From contig CP158635.1 in the NCBI GenBank assembly GCA_050273025.1, positions 17,732,001 through 17,796,000 of the forward strand: a stretch of 64,000 bases of DNA, in the 5' to 3' direction. The translations under genes were made by a program, and so were the position numbers. Source of the DNA: Cenococcum geophilum. Its lineage: Eukaryota. This document shows, piece after piece, positions 50,289-62,430 of this stretch (positions are counted from its first letter, which is position 1; each line of letters starts with the position of its first letter). Under the pieces are notes generated by a model. That model saw only the letters and a list, made by a program, of their open reading frames with translations, had not been told where the DNA came from and made no database searches.

Positions 50289-53200
50289 TATGGAAGGGTA
50301 AAGCTGGACACTAAAATATAATACTTAATTAAGCATTGTAAATAAAAGAATGGAATGACTTAAGTCATACTAGAGAAGTCGTTGATTAATGGAGGGTAGA
50401 GGAGAAATTGTATTAAGTTAAGGTAAGGTAAGGTTAAAACCTAAGCTCCTTTTGTAATATATATAACCCCAAGACTTATATATATAATAGGAAAACGAAC
50501 TAAAATAACCGAGGGGCATTTAACACTACTATATTACCTCCCTTACCTAAAAGGTTGTCCCCTAATAGTCTCCCAACTTCTCTAAAGCTGCCTATACTCC
50601 CTCCTTAATTATCGCCTCCGCTTCTTCCGTGTTATCCTTATCCGCAATACCTTCTGCTTTAAGTTCAGCACTTATATCCTCTTGTATATTAACAGCATTA
50701 GCTTAGAGGCTTAAGACACTCTTTCCCGAGTAGTAGCTATTTCCGCTTAGACTGTCTTTTATACAGGAGATTATAGAACGCTAGAATTAATTACCTGCTC
50801 TTTTAAGGTAGTACCCTTTCCCGAAATTAGTAAAGGCGTTAGGCGGTATAATACTACTGGTTTATTAGTACTTTCTAGAGTATTAATAAATGCCGGTGAA
50901 TGTTTAGAAGTAATATCCCGGTAACTACCTTCTTTAAGCTTCCCCGGATCCTTTAATTCCCGGTTAATTTCCATAGGTATTACTTTGTTAAAGATATTAG
51001 GGCTAGGGTTTAGAGTGGCAGTTTTAGTGTTTTAAGGTGTAGTAGCTCTATTTCTGTCTTTAGAGCAACTTTTAGAACCATGATTAGTTAATAGGGGAGC
51101 GCTAGAGGCTTTATTAACCGGATTGTTTTTACATTCTAGTTCTAAAACTAAGCCTTTAGGGTATTCTAGATTATCTATAGGACGCCCATAACCTTATTCT
51201 TTCGCTAAAAAGTAAGACTTGGCTCTAAATACTTCTCGCTTAAATTCTTCTAGCTCTATAAAGCTGTTACAAACAGCCTTAGCAATACGTGCCCTATGTC
51301 TTTCCCAAAATGCTTTATATTTATTATTTAAGGTAGGATCTAGGATTATCTGCTGTTCTGCCCTTACTTAAGGATTATCCTATAAAAGTCTTCTAACCAA
51401 AGCATTTAAAAGGGCACTCTTTGCCTGCAGTTATATATAGGCTGGGAATTTATATAGAGGAATACCAGTAATAGGTTCGCTAGTAGGAGTTAATGCTAGG
51501 GGAAGACTAGCTAGGTTTATCTATATAATCTCCTGCTAGCTCTTAAGCCTAGGGATTTCTAATTTCCTAGTATTTAGTAGGATTGTGATTAAGTCTAAAG
51601 TAACAATTAAGCGGCTTAATGTTACTTGAGATGCTCTTTGTGTAATAGTAGCTTTTGTAAACCGTACTTCTTTAGTTTTTAACAGAATGGGCATCTAGTT
51701 AAGCTTGAACTTCTTAGCATTAGCCTTAGTCTAGGCCGTCTCTATATTCTTAATACGCCCCCTATTATTAAGTTCTCCGCGCGCTTAAAGTAAATCTACC
51801 TATTCTGGTATGTACTAATGTATTTTAGGGAGGAGTTCTATATAAGACTGACTCCCCTCCTTAATTAAGGAAACATAAGAATAAAGCTAGCTGTCTCTAG
51901 AATTTGGCCCTCCTTTGCGTACCTAGAGAAGATTAATTTTTAAGTTCCGTTTTTTAAGAAGATAGCCATTAAGAAACCGGAGCGTATAGCTTAGATATGT
52001 AATAAAATGAGTAGCATTATTAGTGCGTAAAGCTATGGTATATCTATAGTGCTCTAGATCTATATAAACCACCTATTATAGTAAGGAATAACATATAGTC
52101 CGGAGGATACTATCTTTTTCTTCCCTAGCAGTCTTTCGTAAATAGTGCGTATATATATTAAACTCTTCCTTAAAAATACCTAGAATTCTAACGTTTTCCC
52201 ACTATTTAAATAAATCGGCATAGTGGATTTCGAGTAGGTCCTATTTAAGTTCCCCTTTTAAGCCCAATATAAGCTTTCTTAATCCCACGCGGTTTACTAG
52301 ATAATTACTAGGCTATATAGCAGAATAAGCGTAAATTCCGAGGTTATCGTTTGCATGCTCTAGGCGACTATTTTTTTTAAACTAGAAATAGGAGCTTTTA
52401 GCCGTCTGGAGAATGTCAATAGTATTATAGTTCTTAGAGACTAAGTGGATTTATAAATATAAATTAGTAGAAAAAACGCTGGCATCCAATCCTAATAACC
52501 CTGCCATTTTTTAAAGATGTATCCGGTATAACGCGCGGACTTCTATTCTATTTCCCTGCCAGGCTATAATAAATTAGTATAAGATAAAAAAGATACTATC
52601 TTTTGGCTCTTTAGAATCGAGGGCTTTAATTAATTTAGCTAGCGTTTTAGAATAACACGAGCATTTTATTTTCTGCTCCAGCCGTGCTTTCCTAACAATT
52701 ACCTCTCTATTAGCTTCAGCAATCACTACTACTTTTCCCTTTTGCCTATTAGCTCTACTAGAAGCTTAAGGTTCCGTAGGTTCTATCTTTAGCTTCTTTC
52801 TTAGGGATTTCTTAGAAGCTTTTTTAGCCCTACGTTTCTATGGGGAGTGGGCGACGAGGTTATCCTCTAAAGATGTAGATTTATCAAATTTAGAGTCTTC
52901 TCCTTACGCGTTAGGTACCTTGCCTTTAAATAGAAACAAGCTACGCAGTATCTTTGCGTTTAAAGCTTTAACCTCCTTAAAAGGTAACAGTAGAGGTACT
53001 AGAGTAACCGGCTCCGGTGCAGATTCCTCTTTAGTTTTAATAGTTAAGGCTAGTACTAAAAGCTTATAGCCCTAGCTTAGATAACAAACGAGCTTCCATT
53101 TCTTAATTAACTCCTTATTAACTACTAATCCGAATTTATAGGCGGTAAGAAAGTCTAAGGGTGTTAGGTATAGGGTCCTTAAGATCCTAGCCTTTAAGAG

Positions 53201-54205
53201 TTCTAGGTAGCTTAGTATTATATTGTTAATTATTTCTAACGCATTCTTTCTGGAGATCTAACTTTTTTTTACCTAATTAATAAAGATATAAATGCTTTTT
53301 AGTGCGTAATACATGTAGAAGAGCTTATAGGGACCTTCTAAAAGTTCCTCTCCCTACTCCTTTTTAATTATATTTTGTACTACCTTAATCTTATTAATCT
53401 TATAGGTAATCTTAGAGAGCTTTTTAATGTCCGTAAAGGCGTTTTCCCAATCTTTGTTTCCCAAATTTCCCTTAAGCTTATTATCCTTCTTAATCTTAAC
53501 CATCGCATTTTTTGCAGCCTTAACTATATTATGCTCCTGGTTTATAATAGCCTATATTAAACTATAATAGATATTCACGCGCTAATTGACCGGGTGGCTT
53601 TAGGCGGCCCTAAGGATAACCTCCATTGTCTGCGCCTTTCCTTAGTATGCGAGGGCTATTGACCGGATAGTAGGAGGCAGAGGAGGCAGAGGAGGTAGAG
53701 GTGGCGCCTTTACTTTTAAGCGGAGTTTTATAGTTCTAGACATTTTTATAGTGATATTTTCGTGTGCGCAATAGGCGTATAGGTGGTATTTTAGGACAAG
53801 AGTCATAATAGTGTCTTCTTAACGAAAGAGAAAAGTAAACAGGCGCGTATAGCTAAATAAGACGAGATAATAAGATATTGAAATAAAGGCCTTATGGTAT
53901 TTTTTAGAAAAAGGTAAATTAAAAAGGGCTATTACGTGAATTGTTAACATGTTAAGGAACTTTAACCGCCGGTTAAAGTTGTCTAATTAGTTAGATTTTC
54001 CTTACCAAGACTTTTATATAACAATAGCATTAGTACTATAAATTTTATAATAGTAAATAAGAATTAAACAATGCTTAACTTTAACCTCTAATATACTTAA
54101 CTAAGGTTTCTTAAAGTAAAGTAGCTCTTCTCTTAACTTAAAAGGAAATGAAAATGCTAAATTAAAAATTGTAGAGCGTGAAAATATAAAATACTTGTAA
54201 AAGAT
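50289..54205 (-). mobile_element. Repeated ~3.9 kb unit, copy 1: LTR-like end plus large PhyH/2OG-dioxygenase-fold-like pseudogene (~53743-50560)
   Basis: Colinear with 56969-60920. ATG at 53743 (MSRTIKLRLKVKAPPLPP). Segment ILRT(M)C(H)SLL(QQ)VV..D(P)EHY...ALRT(D)..THFI.Y(P)SY...YVSLI.E...ELLP.(M)H...W. Terminal 50289-50525 bounded by T(G)..CA. Confidence 0.6.
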
Positions 54206-54879
54206 AGTTACTGGTAATAAGGATAAAAGGAAGAAGACTACGCATAAAGTTATTCTTTATAAGAGCAGTTATTAAGACTAAGGATTTAGAACTAGCTTTA
54301 AAGAAGTAAACTCTTTTCCTAATTGCTTATGGCAGTGAGGTAACGTGGGAGTGCAGTAGAAGACTCTTAGCCTCTATGAGTGCTAGCTATTATAGTGCTA
54401 AGTATTCCTTAGATAAGCCTTACTTGTAGTTACTTTGCGCGTTCGTTATAGAGATAAAGAAAAGAAAGAGAAAGAGTTGCTGCTTATAGTAATAGGTGTT
54501 CTAAATAACGACTTACCTATAGAAGGATCTTTATAGAAGACCGTCTCTTAGTAAAGCTATAATTTTTAAGATATAATAAGATTATAATGTAATTAGAAGG
54601 GAGGAACGCATATAAAGGATAGGCAAAATTAACTATAACTATAAAGTGATCTCGGTTAATTACCGTTTGTAAAGGCTTCTACTCTTGCTTCTTTCCTTCT
54701 ACTTTCTTTCCTTAGAAGGATTTAATTAGGTTTAGCTTGCATAATCCTTATGCTAATGGAGCAGTACGGCGCTATATTAGTGTGGCAGGAAACTGGCTAT
54801 TTGTCTTTTAGGAAGCTTAAATATCGTACTAATACCTTTATGTACGTTCCTTCCTTCCTATAGTGTCTATTCTCGTTAT

Positions 54880-55960
54880 GCATCTATTATACTACTTCCT
54901 TCTAGTATTTCTCGCTATCTACTACTCTTCGCTATATCTTATATAAGCTCTTTACGCTAGATATATAACACCTATCTTAACGCTATAGTACTCGCGCGGT
55001 ATTATAGCTCCCTTAACTATTTTATTACCTTTACATATAACCTACACTAGTAGGAAATCTAGGCGGAGCTAAAAGTAGGCTAGAGTATAAGGGACTACCT
55101 AGATCTAGTAGATTATATCTTCTAGATTAAGCTAAAGTAACTATAGTATAAGATTTTAAAGTCCCGCATTCTAGGTAATACTACTATAATTTACTAAACT
55201 ATTAAGTTTTAGAAGCGTAGGCTCCCTTATACATATATACTAGTAATTATAGAGCCTAGCTTTTGGCTAGTAACTATAAAAGATATTAATCTAGTTATAT
55301 ATATAGTATTTTAGGTAAGACGCCCCTCTAAGGCCTAATTAGGCTAGATTATAATAAACTACTAGCTTTCTAGATAGATTATAAGCTGCTATATAGGAAT
55401 AGAGCGGCTATATATATAGTACTTATAAATCCTCTATAGAGCCTTATATGCGGTAATATATAGGGCGTCTTTATACTCCTTAATTTTATCTATAAGGTAC
55501 TATAGCCTAGCCCCAGCCGCCTAGGCTTTTAGGGTTATAGTAACGTAATTAGGGCCTTTATATATATACTTAAACGCGTACTTTATAGCGTAATATCCTA
55601 TATAAGGCTCTACGTTAATATACGCGTTATAAGGCGCTATATCTCTACTACTATATATATAGCTCTAGCTAGGCTATATAAAGGTAGGGCTATCCTATAG
55701 GCGCTTATATAGCGGCTTATTATTATTTCTAACTATAATTTCCTCTTAAAAGGTATAAGTAATCTAGAACCTATACTTTCTATTATATATATAGGGCGCG
55801 GAGGTATTATAGGTACTATAAGGGCTATATAGTATATTATAGGTAACGACGTTATATAGGAGTGGCTCCGCTATTAGGTCTAGAATATCTATCTAAATAA
55901 CTATACTTATAGAGTTCTTTATAGAGAATATAAACTATTATATTACTATATTATACAAAA
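54880..55960. pseudogene. Helitron Rep (HUH) domain relic with internal inversion
   Basis: Plus strand: YFITFT(C)N(P).(W)(Q)EI...(P)DLV and I(E)F(Q)KR(G)LP(HAH)ILV at ~55015-55250. Minus strand: (M)L(HG)P(CG) ~55840-55815 and A(H)INVE...KYAFKYI..KG ~55626-55550. Confidence 0.8.
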
Positions 55961-56968
55961 ACATTAGAGTAGGTAGTAGGTGGGTATAGCTCTAAATTTA
56001 AGATATCTATACGGAAGCAGTAATAACACTAAAGGCTCTACCCCTTCTACTGCTTCTACCCTTCTTCCTGCCCACCTTACTACCTGCTGCTCTACCTACC
56101 CTACCTTTTCCACGGCTAGTACGACTTGGGTAAGGCTTAGGAGCCCGCGCGGGCAAGGTATATACTTAGTTAGCTAAGCGGCACTTACTACGCGTGTGCT
56201 TAAGACTTCTATTAGTATAAAAGGCCGAATGATATATTCTACATACTAACCCCCACGCAGTATACTGGGCATAAGCCGCTAGGGCTGGCTCGCTATATAG
56301 ACTATTTATTATACGGGCGTGAGCCCCTTAAGATGGCAAGACTCTAGGCTATTTTATAAAGCCTGGCTCTGGTAACTAAACTATCCAGTAGTGGCATTAA
56401 TGGCAGTAGCATTTGCTAAGTTAAGTTAATGCTACGCGGGGGATAGGAGGCTAGTAGTAGTAGCAGTGGGAGTTGGCGCAGGGCCAGAGAGAGGAGTAGT
56501 AGTGGTAGTAATGGTAGTAGTAGTAGCTCTAGAAGCATGATTAACAGTAAAACGCTAGTGTTAATATAATATAATATACCTAAGCCCGCCGGCAGGCCCG
56601 CCGCGTTTAAGATTCTCCTAATCTAAGAAGGAATATCCCACACGTCTTAAGAGCTGGCTACTTAGTAAGAGCGTAAGGGGCGAGACAAGCGGCCAGATAA
56701 CGCCGGTATAGAGGATAATAGTTACGGAGGCTGTTGCGGAGGCCGCTGTAGAGGTAGTAGAGGAAGCGGCGGAAGCTGTAGTGGAAGCTAAGGAAGAGGA
56801 ATAAATTTAAGAATCTTATTAAGAATATTATTAAAGTTAAACTAAGTATCTAATATTTTAATAAGCTTATAGGTAAAGCTGTAGGTTAATTAGATCTAGC
56901 CGCTTTTTAAAAGGGAAGGTAATATATAAATACTAATCTAATTATAGCAGTGAATAATAGGGAGCTAG

Positions 56969-59900
56969 TGTGGAAGGGCAAAGCCTAACACTAAAAGATA
57001 ATACTTAATTAAGCATTATAAGGAGAATGGAACTAGATAAATTATACTAGAAAGGTAGAAGAATAACTAGAGGGTAAGTTGGATTGTTTTTAGGATGAGG
57101 TTAAAGCCTAGGTTTCTTCTATAATATATATAACCTAGCCCCCTATATATAATAAGAAATAAACCAAAATAACTAAGGAGTATTTAACACCACCCCTACC
57201 TAAAATGTTATTCCCTAACGTTTCTTTACAGACCCTATTTGGTAGGTAAGGAACGCTTAAGGATAGAAAAAAAACAACTGAACACCTAGCACTCCTTTAA
57301 CTCCTTTAAAGCTGCCTATACCCCTTCCTTAATTATCGCCTCTGTTTTTATCTATATTATCTACGCCTTCCGCCTTAAGCTCTGCATTTACATTATTTTA
57401 TATATTAACGACACTAACCTAGAGTTTTAAAGACACCTTTTTACGGGCAGTATCCATTTCCGCTTATATTGTCTTCTATATAAGAGGTTAGAGAACACTG
57501 GAATTAATTATCTGTTCTTTTAAAGTAGTACCCTTTTTTAAAATTAGTGAAGGCGTTAGGCGGTGTAATACTACTAGCTTATTAGTATTCTCTAAAGTAT
57601 TAATAAATGCTAGCGAATGTTTAGAAGTAGTATTTCGGAAACCATCTTCTTTAAGCTTGCTTATATCCTTTAGCTCCTAGTTGATTTCCATAGGTGCTAC
57701 CTTATTATTAAAGATATTAGGACTAAGGTTTAGCGCAGCAGTCCTAGCGCCCTAAGGCGTAACAGCCCTAGCCTTGCCTTTAGAATAGCCTTTAGAACTA
57801 TAATTAGTTAGTGGGGGAGTACTAGAAGTTATACCGGTCGGATTATTTTTGTATTTTAGATCCGAAACTAAGTCTTTAGGATATTCTAGGTTATCTACAG
57901 GACGCTTACGCCCTTATTCTTTTACTAAAAAGTAAGACTTTACCCTAAATACCTTTTGCTTAAATTCCTCTAGCTCTCTAAAGCTCTTATAAATAGCCTT
58001 AGTAACACGCGTCTGGTGTCTTTCCTAAAATACTTTATATTTATTATTTAATAAAGGATCTAGGATTAACTATTGCTCTTTTTTTACTTAAGGGTCGTCC
58101 TATAAAAGTCTCCCAACTAAAGCATTTAAAAGAGCACTCTTTGCCTGTAGCTGTATATAGGCCGGAAACTTATATAGAGGAGTATTAGAAATAGGTTCGC
58201 TAGTAGGAGTTAATACCGGGGGAAAAGCGTTTAGATTTATCTATATAACGGCCTACTGGCTCTTAAGCCTAGGAATCTCCAATCTCTTAATATTTAGTAG
58301 GATTGTAATTAAGTCTAGTATAATAATTAAGCGACTTAATATTGCTTAAGAGGCTCCTTATATAATAGTAGCTTTTGTAAACTATACTTTACTAGTCCTT
58401 AATGCAATGGGCATCTAATTAAGCTTAAACTTTTTAGCATTAGCTTTAGTCCAGGCAGTTTCCATATTCTTAATATGTCCTCTACTATTAAGTTCCCTAT
58501 GTTTTTAAAGCAAGCCTACCTATTCCGGTATATACTAATGCATATTAGGTAGGAACTCTATATAAGACTAACTCCCCTTATTAATTAGGGAGATATAAGA
58601 ACGAAGCTAGCTTTTTCTAGAATTTAGCCCTCCTTTACGCACTTAGAGAAGGTCAATTTCCAAATTCCGCTTTTTAGGGAGATGGCTACTAAGGAACTGG
58701 AGCGCGTAGCTTAGATATGCAATAAAACGAGTAGCCCTATCGGCGTGTAAAGCCACTATATACTGGTAGTACTCCAGATCTATCTAAACTACCTACTATA
58801 GTAGAGAATGGTATATAGTCTAAAGGATACCGCTATTTTCCTCTCTAGTGGTCTTATGTAAATAATACGCGTATATATTAAACTCCTCCTTAAAAATATC
58901 TAGAATCCCGGCATCTTTTTACTATTTAAATAAATTGGCCTGGTGGATTCTAAGTAAGTCCTATTCTATTTCCCCTTTTAAGCCTAATATAAGCTTCCTT
59001 AACCCTATACAATCTACTTAATAATTACTAGGCCGTATAGTAGAATAAGCGTAAATCCTAAGACCATTATTTGCATGCTTAGGACGACTATCCCTTTTAA
59101 ACTAAAAATAAGAGCTTTTAGCTGTCTAGAGAATATTAATAGCATTATAGTTCTTAGAGACTGAGTGAATTCGCAAATATAAATTTATAAAAGAAGCACT
59201 GGCATCTAGTCTTAGCAATCCTACTATTTTCTAAAGATATATCCGGTATAACGCGCGGACTTCTATCCTATTTCCTTGCTAGGCTATAATAAACTATTAT
59301 AAGATAGAAGAGACACCGCCTTTTAGTTCTTTCTTTAAATTAAGAGCCTTTATTAATTTAACTGGCGTTTTAGAATAGTATAAGCTTTTTATTTTTTATT
59401 TTAGCCGTAGTTTCCTAATAATTACCTTTCTATTAGCTTTAGCAATTATAGCTACCTTTTCCTTTTATTTGTTAGCTTTACTAGAAGCTAAAGGTTCTAT
59501 AGGTCCTATTTTTAGCTTCTTTTTAGGAGATTTCTTAAAAGCTTTTCTAGCCTTACGTTTTTGCGAGGAGCTAGTAATAAAGACATCCTTTAAAGACGTA
59601 GATTTATCAGATTTAGAGTCCTCTCTATTAGCTTTAGGAACCTTACCTTTAAACAGAAATAAATTACGTAGAATCTTTGCGTTTAAGCCTTTAACCTCCT
59701 TAAAAGGTACCAATAAAGGTCCTAGAGTAACTGGCTCTGGTATAGATCCCTCTCCTTTAGCTTTAATGGTTAAGGCTAGTACTAAAAGCTTATAGCCCTA
59801 GCTTAGATAATAGGCGAGCCTCTATTTCTTAACTAGCTCCTTATTAACTTCTAGTCCGAATTTATAAGCATTAAGGAAATCTAAGGGTGTCGGGTATAAA

Positions 59901-60920
59901 GTCCTTAAGATCCCGGCCTTTAAGAGTTCTAGGCAGTTTAGCATTGCATTATTAACTATCTTTAACGCATCCTCTCTGGCGGTCTCGCTCTTCTTAGCTT
60001 AATTAATAAGGATACGAATGCTTTTTAGTGCGTAATATATATAGAAGAGCTTGCAGGGATCTTCTAAAAGCTCCTCTCCTTACTCCTTTTTAACTGTATC
60101 CCGCACCATTTTAATCTCATTAATCTTATAAGTAATCTTAGAAAGCTTCCTAATATCTATAAAGGCATTTTCCTACTTTTTACTTTCTAAGTTTTTTTTA
60201 AGCTCTCCATCCTTTTTAATCTTAATTATAGCATTTTTTGCAGCCTTAACCATATTATGCTCCTGGTTTAAAATAACCTACATTAAACCATAATAGATAT
60301 TCACGCGCTAATTAACTGGGTGGCTTTAAGCAGCTTTAAGAATAACCTCTATTGTCTGCGCCTTTCCTTAGTATACGAGGGCCATTAACCGGATAGTGGG
60401 AGGCAGAGGTGTAGGAGGTAGAGGTAGCGCCTTTCCTTTTAAGCGGAGTTCTATGGTTCTAGACTTTTTTATAGTAAAATTCCGCGTACGTAACAGGCAA
60501 TTTAAGAGAAGAGTAATAATAATGCCTTCTTAACGCAAAGAAAGGTAAATGGGCGTATATAATTAAACGAGATAGGATAATAGGATAATAGGAAGTTAAA
60601 ATTAGGATCTTATGGATTTACTAAAAAGGTAAATTAAAATAGTTGTTATGTGAAATCTTAAGATGTTAAGGAACTTTAACCGCCGGTTAAAGTTATCTAA
60701 TTGGTTAGATTCTCCTTGCTAAGACTTTTATATAATAATATTATTAATATTAACAATTTTTTAAAAGAATAAATAAGACCTAGATAATGCTTAACTTTAA
60801 CCTCCGGTATGCTTAACCAAGACTTCTTAAAGTAAAGTAGCTCTTCTCTTAACTTAAAAGGAAATAAAAATATTAATTTAAAAATTATAGAACGTAAAAA
60901 TATAAAATACTTATAAGAGT
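56969..60920 (-). mobile_element. Repeated ~3.9 kb unit, copy 2
   Basis: Colinear with 50289-54205 but with many non-RIP substitutions and indels; LTR-like 56969-57189 (TGTGG...TTAACA) preceded on the minus strand by PPT-like AGGTAGGGGTGG. Confidence 0.6.
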
Positions 60921-60989
60921 GGTTTAGCATTGCTCCCTATTTAGTACCGCTTAAGTCTACTATTAATATAATTTCTCCTGCCTAGGCGA

Positions 60990-62430
60990 ATAGTCAATTT
61001 AGATTAGCGCTGGCGCTATAGTAATGGCTATCTTTAAAGTCATTATTGCTTGTAACTGCTCTAGTCCTTAGTAAAATACTATGCCTTCCCTAAGCAACCG
61101 AAATAGAGGCTCCGCCGTAATGGAAAAGCTAAATAGTTATATATTAATTAGTGTTATACCTTATAAGCAGATAGTTAACTTACTAATTAAATAGAACACT
61201 AGAACTAGATAGGAAGTCTATAAGATTAGGTATTAAGTGCAGCTCTATTAAGTAAGGTATTAATTAGTGTTATCTTAGGCTTATCTACGTTAATATCGTC
61301 AAGGCCTTCTACTACAGTAATACGCCCTTGCAGCTTTGCATTAAAGCTATTAATAAGCGAGTCGTAGTAAGCTGGTTGCTTTGGGATTCTTTACTTTCTA
61401 GCTCTAGAAGGTTCTAATTGTAATAAGGTTAATTTAGAAGGTGGCTTTATAGGCTGTCCTTCCTTTAACCCCCTAGAGAGCCTCCGAGTTCCAATATTAA
61501 CAATATCCTTGCAGCTAAAGTGACTCTTTCGTCCGCTAGGCCGCCTTATAATAGTAGTTAATAGCTTAAGTGCAAGATAATATACATCAGTAGTTGCGTC
61601 AGCTAGCGTATAATGTGTGCTATTAAACTGGCCAAACGCGTCCTTTATAGTATACCGTAGCTCTAGGCAGTAACTAGCGGTAAGTAATACTTAAGTAAAT
61701 AACTCAGTTATATCTGAACTAGTTCGCCGTTGGCCTTAAAGAAGAAGCTTAAGAATAAGATTGTGATGCTTATTAAGTCGATCTATCTTAAACCAACTAT
61801 TTTGCTGGCCTCTATAATTAACTAATATACTAGTAAGCAATGATTTTTGGAGGACTTAATCCGCGGCTTTAGTTGCGAGCAATCTAGTAAGGTATAAAGC
61901 CAACTGTGTATATTAACTCTTTGCACTGCTAGCAAAGAGAAGATAGTAGCGAATAATTACCCGTTTAATAAGCCTAATATTAGCGTGCTTAATAGCAAAC
62001 TTTAATATAAGGTAGACCTCTATATCTTGTATAAATTAAACATGGTTTTAGAACACCTTATTAACTAGTTTATCACTATAGGACCGTTAACTGGGCGAGA
62101 AGAACTCCTCTTAAATGCGCCGTAAGGTAGTAAGGAATCTTACTCTTACTAGTGCTATTTTATTACCTCTTCTAATATCTTGTCCGGTAATCTAATTATT
62201 AACCCCTTTATTACCCTGGTCCTTAATATTTTAAGGAAGAAGACTAATAAAGGTCTTGCTAAAAGCGGCTAGCGGCTTAGTAAGGTAAGCCTTGGCAAGA
62301 AGGTCTGGGAACGAGATAACACCCCTTGCGTATACGGCCTACTGTCGCGACTTAATGCATTGGAGCTGGCGCCTATTTTTAAGAACTACGGAACAGCCCA
62401 TATGAGACTGTAATTATTAATATTAGAAAA
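60990..62430 (-). pseudogene. DUF6589 / Academ-like transposase relic; boundaries approximate
   Basis: (DE)VF(Q)NHV.F(M)QD(M)EVYL.LKFAIKHA(D)I(G)LI...LLFA(G)SAKS(Q)Y(A)QLALYL...LVN..G....WF(EM)DRLN(E)HHNLILK at ~62065-61750. Confidence 0.55.

Noticed and set aside
50308..50340. Helitron-type 3' hairpin plus CTRR end for the repeated unit
   Set aside because: Homology between the two copies continues ~20 bp beyond this point to a TG boundary, and the palindrome is AT-rich and may be RIP-enhanced.
59465..59795. ORFs 59465-59713 (-) and 59469-59795 (+) as independent genes
   Set aside because: One is a stop-free fragment of the large degraded ORF in unit copy 2 and the other is its antisense shadow.
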